Source: Limisphaerales bacterium
Lineage (GTDB): Bacteria; Verrucomicrobiota; Verrucomicrobiia; Limisphaerales; SIBE01
DNA: 64,000 nucleotides
NCBI GenBank assembly: GCA_044225505.1
Contig: JBGAIN010000011.1
Location: forward strand, 1-64,000
Direction: 5' to 3'
Shown piece after piece: positions 58,144-64,000 of this stretch. Position 1 is the stretch's first letter. Each line of letters begins with the position of its first letter. The notes below the pieces were generated by a model. That model saw nothing but the letters and a program-made list of their open reading frames with translations. It had not been told where the DNA came from and made no database searches. A program made the position numbers and the translations under genes.

Positions 58144-60156
58144 TCAACGCAGTTGCCAGGCTTCGTCGAAAAACCCGGCGATCGCGATCTTCCCAGGCGC
58201 TCGGGCATTGGGTGGGATGCTCAAATCAACCACGGCATAATCGGGTAACTTCGCAACTTGCCGTGCGTTGTTCAGATAGTCGTACTCGCGGAAGGTGAAT
58301 CCGCTGTTGCAAACCACGTAGCGTTTAGGATTCAGTGGATTGGGGGAGATCAAAATCAACGCATGCCGATCGTTCGGATAGATCGCGTCTCCGGTTTGCA
58401 CGCCCGATTGGGTCCAGCGGATTGGGAGTTGCGCGGCGATCCGCGCCAGGAGCCGATTGCTTTGCGGGTCGCCCCAAAGCACCAAGTGGTGCGACGCGAT
58501 GTCCTCGTCGGTAACGGCATCGTCATTTTTCACTCGAGCTTCGCCGCGAAATTGACGGCGCCAGTGTTCGATCGCGCGTTTTTCTTCCGCGGCGACCCAT
58601 TGGCCGATCTGCGGCGTGAGGGCTTGGCCGGTCGGGTGCACCATCAGGAAGCTATCCATAAATGCGTCGTCGATCGGTCCTTGCAATCCGTGCTGCTTGC
58701 GCAACCCAGGGCGATTCGTCGATGACAAGACGCTCCACTCGTTGCCCGACCGGATAAAATGCGCGGACCAGGAGCGATCCGACTGGACGGGGGGCGCGGT
58801 TAAGGTCGCGCCGTCCAGCACGACCTGCGGGCGTTGCGTCGGGTCGAGCGGACATTCCCCAGACTCCATGGATAAAGTGAGCGCGGTCACGTTCTCGCTC
58901 TGCGCTCGAATGGTATGGTCGTCCACAATCTCGGCCTTGATGCGCGCGCGTTCCCAGTGCTGGTTCAATCCGTCGAGCGTCACCCAAAACATGCGATTAT
59001 AACGCAGCGTCCAGGTGGTAAACCGGACCGTCTTCGGCACTGGATCCCGCCCTTTGGCGACGATCCGATCGATGCGCGCATTGAGCTCCTCTTTCGCTTG
59101 CGGGTGGTACTTGTGCGCCGTGCCCGGGCCGATAATGTGAGTAAGCTGAATCCCTTCGGCCTCCAGCGCCCGGCTCATCATATCCGCCGCCTGCTTCTGC
59201 TTATCTACCTCCCCGCTGTAGGCCACCGTCGGACAATGGAATAGGTTCAACGCATAGTCCGTGCAATCATACCAATGCCAAAGCTTTTGCTCGTACCAAG
59301 GCGGTTGCACGACTTCATTCTGGAAGACTTTGAGAAAATCCGCGGTCTCGGAAAACCCCGCGCCCGGAGCGGCTGCGACCCAGCGATCGGCATAGTGGGT
59401 GGCGAATTGCCAGCACGCCGCGCCGCCCATGGAGAATCCTCGGACGACGATGCGGTTTTGGTCGATGGGATAAAGCCGGCCCACCGCGTCGAGGGCTTCG
59501 AGCAGGTCAACCTCGCCGGCGAACTTGTTCGCATTGCAGTAGCGACCGTAAAGATGCAGCACGAAGGCATCGGGGGGAGTGAACTCTCCGGCTGATTTCA
59601 GCCGTCCGCGCAGGAAATTTAACTCCGTTAGTTTCTCGTCGCGACCGTGGAACCAAGCGTCCAAGCGGTAGCGCTGGCCTGAATTCGGCCGGAAACTCGC
59701 GGGCACAACGAGACCATACGGCTGGACCGATCCGTCAATTTTCGAAGTGTAGCCCCGGACAACCAAGCCGGTGGCGTTCAGCCATGGGGCCAAGCCGCCT
59801 TGAAGCGCGGCGACACGTTCCATCCCGAGCTGCAGAAAGGATCGAGCCGCGGAGACCTCGTTCGTCGTGTCGAAAAACTCGTCGAATTCCAGAGCGTAGC
59901 GCACGGCATTGGCGAAGATCTGCACGTCAGGCAGGCAAAGCCGCGTCCAGGTAGAGGTGGCAGCTCTCGATTGAAGAGGGGCGATCTCGGTCACCAGTTG
60001 CGCGAGGCTATTTTGGAGCGCGGTTCGATCTTGCTCCGGGATGGTGACGCCTTTCGGTGGGACAGGCCGCACCGAATCCGGGCGGTTGTCGGACGGACCA
60101 TCCGCGTGCAACGCCAGGGCGCAGGCCATGAGAATCAGGAAGGAACGGGTGAGCAT
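58144..60156 (-). CDS. Secreted prolyl oligopeptidase/esterase-family alpha/beta hydrolase
   Basis: GYTSKIDGSVQPYGLVVP, WFHGR, GFSMGGA nucleophile, YSGEVD, AHKY. Confidence 0.82.
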   Translation of the reverse strand: MLTRSFLILMACALALHADGPSDNRPDSVRPVPPKGVTIPEQDRTALQNSLAQLVTEIAPLQSRAATSTWTRLCLPDVQIFANAVRYALEFDEFFDTTNEVSAARSFLQLGMERVAALQGGLAPWLNATGLVVRGYTSKIDGSVQPYGLVVPASFRPNSGQRYRLDAWFHGRDEKLTELNFLRGRLKSAGEFTPPDAFVLHLYGRYCNANKFAGEVDLLEALDAVGRLYPIDQNRIVVRGFSMGGAACWQFATHYADRWVAAAPGAGFSETADFLKVFQNEVVQPPWYEQKLWHWYDCTDYALNLFHCPTVAYSGEVDKQKQAADMMSRALEAEGIQLTHIIGPGTAHKYHPQAKEELNARIDRIVAKGRDPVPKTVRFTTWTLRYNRMFWVTLDGLNQHWERARIKAEIVDDHTIRAQSENVTALTLSMESGECPLDPTQRPQVVLDGATLTAPPVQSDRSWSAHFIRSGNEWSVLSSTNRPGLRKQHGLQGPIDDAFMDSFLMVHPTGQALTPQIGQWVAAEEKRAIEHWRRQFRGEARVKNDDAVTDEDIASHHLVLWGDPQSNRLLARIAAQLPIRWTQSGVQTGDAIYPNDRHALILISPNPLNPKRYVVCNSGFTFREYDYLNNARQVAKLPDYAVVDLSIPPNARAPGKIAIAGFFDEAWQLR

Positions 60157-60261
60157 GAGGTATTGTTGCTAGAGAAAATCGAGAGGGTAGGCAAGCTTGA
60201 GGTTCGATTTAAGACTGAGGGACGAGTGGCGCAACGATCTCCAGGTCTGCTAGATTCGCTT

Positions 60262-60353
60262 ATAACAGGGAATTCACTTGGAATAAACAGGGATTAAACA
60301 CGGAGAAAACCCGTGTCATATCCGTGTTATATCCCTGTTATCTCCGTGTTATC
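60262..60353. repeat. Inverted array of ~11-bp units (ATAACA[C/G]GGA / TCC[G/C]TGTTAT)
   Basis: Left arm ATAACAGGGA..ATAAACAGGGA TTAAACACGGA; right arm CCGTGTCATAT CCGTGTTATAT CCCTGTTATCT CCGTGTTATCA. Confidence 0.7.
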
Positions 60354-60516
60354 AGCGAAGGATGAGCCTGGGAAGGTCCTCGAAACGGCGGTGCCAACGA
60401 GAATCCAGTGTCGTTGGGGAAACCTGAACGAGTCGCTGCCATGGCAATCCGGACGCCTCTCAAGCGGGTCTTGCCCATGGCGAAGCCGAGCGACGCGCTG
60501 CTGGAACCGGCACCTC

Positions 60517-60690
60517 CTAAAGTCGCGGTCTGCTAAAGTAGTAAAGCAGCGAACAGAGAATCAACGAAACGACGATGCCCACAATCAACGCCGAACGAAA
60601 GTACTGCCGGTGACGCTTCCGGTTGGAGCGCCCCATGCCTGGAAGCAAATAGTACCGGTGCTCCTCTTTATTTCGTTTTTGCCAAAACAC
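60517..60690 (-). CDS. Small single-pass membrane protein (57 aa), below the ORF-track cutoff
   Basis: GTG start; MFWQKRNKEEHRYYLLPGMGRSNRKRHRQYFRSALIVGIVVSLILCSLLYYFSRPRL*: basic N-terminus then one TM helix. Confidence 0.7.
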   Translation of the reverse strand: MFWQKRNKEEHRYYLLPGMGRSNRKRHRQYFRSALIVGIVVSLILCSLLYYFSRPRL

Positions 60691-60876
60691 AGCGTTGCGA
60701 ACGATTCGTTATCCGTTACACCTCGACACCGTCGTGGAACCAGGTGTGATCTGCCGCCAGTATAGGAAAGGGACCGGCGGGAGGCAATCCTGACTCTCCC
60801 GTTTGACGAGAATCCCAACTGCAACCAAGTTAAGCGCAAGGTCGATTCCCCAACGTGGGGCGACCTGAACAGCGTT

Positions 60877-61932
60877 ATGAAAGTCACCCGTTTACAGCCC
60901 GTTCATTCCGAGTCGGAAGCGCATTCCCCAGGGTCTGGATCCGAATTACTGCCGGGGCCGAACGCACCTCAAAGCGCGGCCGACGCGCTTCTCCTGGATG
61001 CCTATTCTCAAGCGGTCGTGCGTGCGGCGGACGAGGTCAGTCCGTCCGTGGTGAATATCGAGGTTCGCAAACCGGGAGCGCGCGGGGAGGCGAGAACGGG
61101 GGGCGCAGGGAGCGGGTCTGGGTTTATCATCAGTCCGGATGGACTGGTGCTGACCAATAGCCACGTGGTGCATGGCGCGAGCAAGATCGAAGTGAGTCTA
61201 GGCGATGGACGCCGTCCAGACGCGCACTTGGTGGGCGAGGATCCCGACACGGACCTGGCAGTCCTGCGCATCTACGCGCCTAATTTGAGGGCAGCGCCGT
61301 TGGGGAATTCCCGCGGAGTTCGAGTCGGACAAGTGGCGATTGCCATCGGAAACCCGTACGGCTTCCAATGCACCGTGACGGCTGGGGTCGTGAGCGCGTT
61401 GGGCCGCTCGTTTCGCGCGGATTCGGGGCGATTAATGGACGACATCATTCAGACGGACGCCGCTTTGAATCCGGGCAACTCGGGCGGGCCGCTAGTAAAC
61501 TCGCGAGGGGAAGTGATCGGCGTGAACACGGCGGTGATTCTGCCAGCGCAGGGGATCTGCTTCGCGATCGCGATTGATACCGCGAAATACGTCGCGGGTT
61601 GGCTGATCAAAGACGGCAAGGTTCGGAGGAGCTACATTGGCGTGGGCGGCCAGACGGTGCCACTCCATCGGCGTATCATCCGCTTTCATCGGTTGCCTGT
61701 GGAGAGCGGTCTCCTGGTGGTCTCGTTAGAGCCGGGCGGGGCAGGGACGCGGGCCGGATTGCAGGAAGGGGACGTGATTGTCGAGTTCGACGGTAAACCG
61801 ATCTCCGGTATCGATAGCTTGCACAAGGTGCTGACCGACACCACGATCGACCGGCGCTGCCCAGTGACCCTGATCCGGCGAACAGAGAAGATGGTCCTGG
61901 ACGTATTCCCAACCGAATCGCGACGGGGCTAA
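60877..61932 (+). CDS. HtrA/DegQ-like trypsin serine protease with PDZ domain
   Basis: GSGSGFII, LTNSHVV, DTDLAVL, QTDAALNPGNSGGPL, C-terminal PDZ; no clear signal peptide. Confidence 0.92.
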   Translation: MKVTRLQPVHSESEAHSPGSGSELLPGPNAPQSAADALLLDAYSQAVVRAADEVSPSVVNIEVRKPGARGEARTGGAGSGSGFIISPDGLVLTNSHVVHGASKIEVSLGDGRRPDAHLVGEDPDTDLAVLRIYAPNLRAAPLGNSRGVRVGQVAIAIGNPYGFQCTVTAGVVSALGRSFRADSGRLMDDIIQTDAALNPGNSGGPLVNSRGEVIGVNTAVILPAQGICFAIAIDTAKYVAGWLIKDGKVRRSYIGVGGQTVPLHRRIIRFHRLPVESGLLVVSLEPGGAGTRAGLQEGDVIVEFDGKPISGIDSLHKVLTDTTIDRRCPVTLIRRTEKMVLDVFPTESRRG

Positions 61933-62103
61933 AGCCCCAATCGATGTGTGGCCAGGCCGCGTTAAAAGGTGGACGCCGGGCAGGGGGAGCGAATAAGCGG
62001 CGCGGGCCTGAACAACGGAAGGCCGGTGTTGGCCCTTGCCTTGAAAAGCGGCACTTCGTCCCGAACGTTGGCTTTGTTCCGCGATCAAGGATACTCTCGG
62101 CGT

Positions 62104-62661
62104 ATGACGCGCGATCAAGCTTGGCTCTTGCTCAACGAGTATACCCAGTCCGAGTCGCTGCTGAAACACGCTCTCGCTGTGGAAGCGGCAATGCGCCAGT
62201 ATGCCCCTCGTTTTGGCGGCGACGTCGAACTCTGGGGAGTCACTGGACTCATCCACGACTTTGACTACGAACGATGGCCCAATCCGCCTGACCACACCCG
62301 GGAAGGTGCGAAGATTCTCCGCGAACGACGTGTGGACGAAGAGATTGTCGGTGCGATGCTGTCGCACGCCGAATGGAATCATCGGGAGTATCCACTCGAC
62401 CGGCCCATTCGGAAAACGCTGTTTGCGGTCGATGAACTTTGCGGGTTCGTGACGGCTGTGGCTTACGTGCGACCGGAGAAACTGCACGGGATGACCGCCA
62501 GCAGTGTCCGCAAGAAACTGAAACAGAAGTCGTTCGCGGCGTCGGTGAGCCGCGAGGATATCGACCAGGGCGCGGCGCTGATGGAACGTTCGCTGGACGA
62601 GCATGTGACCGAAGTCATCCAGGCCCTGCAAAAAGTAGGGACCGAGCTGGGGTTCGCCTAG
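62104..62661 (+). CDS. HD/HDIG domain metal-dependent phosphohydrolase
   Basis: LLKHALAVEAAM, GLIHDFDYE, LFAVDELCG, SVRKKLK.KSFAA.V.R. Confidence 0.9.
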   Translation: MTRDQAWLLLNEYTQSESLLKHALAVEAAMRQYAPRFGGDVELWGVTGLIHDFDYERWPNPPDHTREGAKILRERRVDEEIVGAMLSHAEWNHREYPLDRPIRKTLFAVDELCGFVTAVAYVRPEKLHGMTASSVRKKLKQKSFAASVSREDIDQGAALMERSLDEHVTEVIQALQKVGTELGFA

Positions 62662-62702
62662 GAGCACAAGCCAAGTGGCGGAGCGCTCCGAAACGCGCAT
62701 AT

Positions 62703-63752
62703 TTATCGCGTTCCCAACGCGGGCCAGGTGCCCTCAATGATTGGCTTCGGACGGAGTTGGGCGGGGTCGATCACAGCATGCTTAATTCGTTCCCGTTTCC
62801 AGGAGTAAGTAATGTGCACGAGTCCGTCCCGCGTCTGAATGACGGCCGGGTAGGAATACTCGTCGCCAGGCTTATCCTCCAGGACCGCCGCGGCGTCCCA
62901 AGTGTGTCCGTCCGACGAGACGGCGACATTCAAGACACCGCGATCGTCGCGCGAGTGATTATAGACGAGTAAGCTTCGACCATCCTCCAACTTGACCGCA
63001 TCGATCGCGCTATTCGGGTTAGGCAGTTCCGTGCGAGTCAACGGCGACCAATGTTTGCCCCGATCGTTGGACCACGCGTCAACAATGCGGCCTTGTTTGG
63101 TGCGGCAAAGGATTTGGATACGATCCAAGCGGTGGACCAGGATCGTAGGCTGGATGGCTGCCACCTCACGCGATTCGTTGAGGGGCTCGGTTTTGCCATA
63201 ATCTTTGCCTGGGCTGCGCAGCCATTCCATGTGGACTCTCCAGCCAGCCTCTTCGGTGCTAGAGCCGCACAACAGCACGCCTTCGGGCAACTCCACCGGC
63301 TTGCTTCGGATGGGGCCGTAGTGGTCTTTGGGAAGGAGCTTCGGCTCGGACCAGGTCACGCCCTGGTTGTCCGATGTAGTGATTAAACTCCACCAACGTT
63401 CCGGGCTGGGACCGACTTTGTAGAAGAGCACGAGCGGACGTACTTCGGCTGAAATGCGTCCACGGGTTCCAGCAGGGATAGCGTCTGAGCCCATTCTCGC
63501 CAAAGCCCTCCAGAAAGGAGCACGATCAGACCAACGATCCTTCGTAACGCGACATCCAGATTCCCACATCAAGCGCCCGCTCTCGGCTGCCAGCGGAACC
63601 AACCGCGAGGAGCGTATGGTCTTTATTTCAACGATGGTGGAGGCATAGGCCGCGGAAGGCATCGTTTTCAAAATAGATTCATTCTTGATCACGCCAGGTT
63701 GTTGGGCAACGCCCTCGAGAGTGAGCGTCGCGACGAGCAAAGCTGCCCTCAC
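62703..63752 (-). CDS. BNR/Asp-box sialidase-family protein (N-terminal part garbled by apparent compensating indels)
   Basis: LFYKVGPSP..WW, SDNQGVTWS, GPIRSKP, GSSTE, IQPTIL, SNDRGKHWS, LPNPNSAIDAV, EYSYPAVIQ. Confidence 0.82.
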   Translation of the reverse strand: MRAALLVATLTLEGVAQQPGVIKNESILKTMPSAAYASTIVEIKTIRSSRLVPLAAESGRLMWESGCRVTKDRWSDRAPFWRALARMGSDAIPAGTRGRISAEVRPLVLFYKVGPSPERWWSLITTSDNQGVTWSEPKLLPKDHYGPIRSKPVELPEGVLLCGSSTEEAGWRVHMEWLRSPGKDYGKTEPLNESREVAAIQPTILVHRLDRIQILCRTKQGRIVDAWSNDRGKHWSPLTRTELPNPNSAIDAVKLEDGRSLLVYNHSRDDRGVLNVAVSSDGHTWDAAAVLEDKPGDEYSYPAVIQTRDGLVHITYSWKRERIKHAVIDPAQLRPKPIIEGTWPALGTR

Positions 63753-64000
63753 GAACCCGCGCCCGAGTGGAAACGGGCGGCTCTTCCATAGAGAGACGGC
63801 CGCCGCTGTTAAACGGAACGAGGGTCTGGAACCCTTGCGGTCTGCAGTAACATCGTGAATCGCACCTTGCTCATTTGCTAACAGACAATTGGGGTTTGGG
63901 CTCTGTCACCATCTTGTAATGGTCCGTGCGGAACGGTGACGCGGGGAGGCCATTCTTGTTCCAAAGGTTGACTACTGGAAAGTCAGCCCAACCATAGCGG

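Noticed and set aside
60262..60353. CRISPR array
   Set aside because: 11-bp units, no unique spacers, inverted arrangement, no cas genes.
61726..62700. Long antisense ORFs (e.g. 61726-62700 -, 39079-39771 +, 25272-26135 -, 47013-47759 -, 55050-55859 -)
   Set aside because: Shadow frames of well-supported genes on the opposite strand, expected in GC-rich DNA; no recognisable motifs.

Overview
GC-rich bacterial chromosomal window, most likely from a Verrucomicrobiota (Pedosphaerales/Limisphaerales-like) genome. This is inferred from ECF sigma/Ser-Thr kinase pairs, a prepilin-type AFTLVELLVV protein, large secreted LTD/CotH, LamG/PA14 and delta-60 proteins, and Tat-signal Gfo/Idh/MocA oxidoreductases. 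The left ~28 kb is an accessory patchwork: ECF sigma factors, an intact AAA-ATPase + S8-protease pair (IetAS-type TA/anti-phage module), large secreted proteins, a DUF4326 gene and several gene fragments. These are interleaved with decayed mobile DNA that the ORF track does not show: three same-strand remnants of a REP-associated tyrosine transposase (RAYT/Y1_Tnp), a family of TTAGAYRCGACCCCATTG motifs, a composite repeat present twice, and a truncated IS1182-like element carrying a divergent AbrB-like gene. The right ~35 kb is mostly housekeeping/metabolic (trxA, GspF/PilC, RRM protein, hybrid kinase, xylonate dehydratase, leuB, aldo-keto reductase, GGDEF, two sialidase-like proteins, CotH, HtrA, HD protein). 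Many single-base frameshifts (14.8-19.9 kb, 29.4-35.1 kb, 45.8 kb, 63.5 kb) look like long-read consensus errors, although real decay cannot be excluded. Best candidates for something new: (i) RAYT/REP-remnant-punctuated cargo architecture around the defence genes, (ii) a structured ~130-nt 5' leader with a clear promoter upstream of the RRM gene, (iii) a shared C-terminal 'W...FYR[LI]' module on secreted proteins, (iv) the AbrB-carrying IS with a palindrome between divergent starts. No rRNA, tRNA or CRISPR array was seen. All family calls come from motif recognition by eye, not from database searches.
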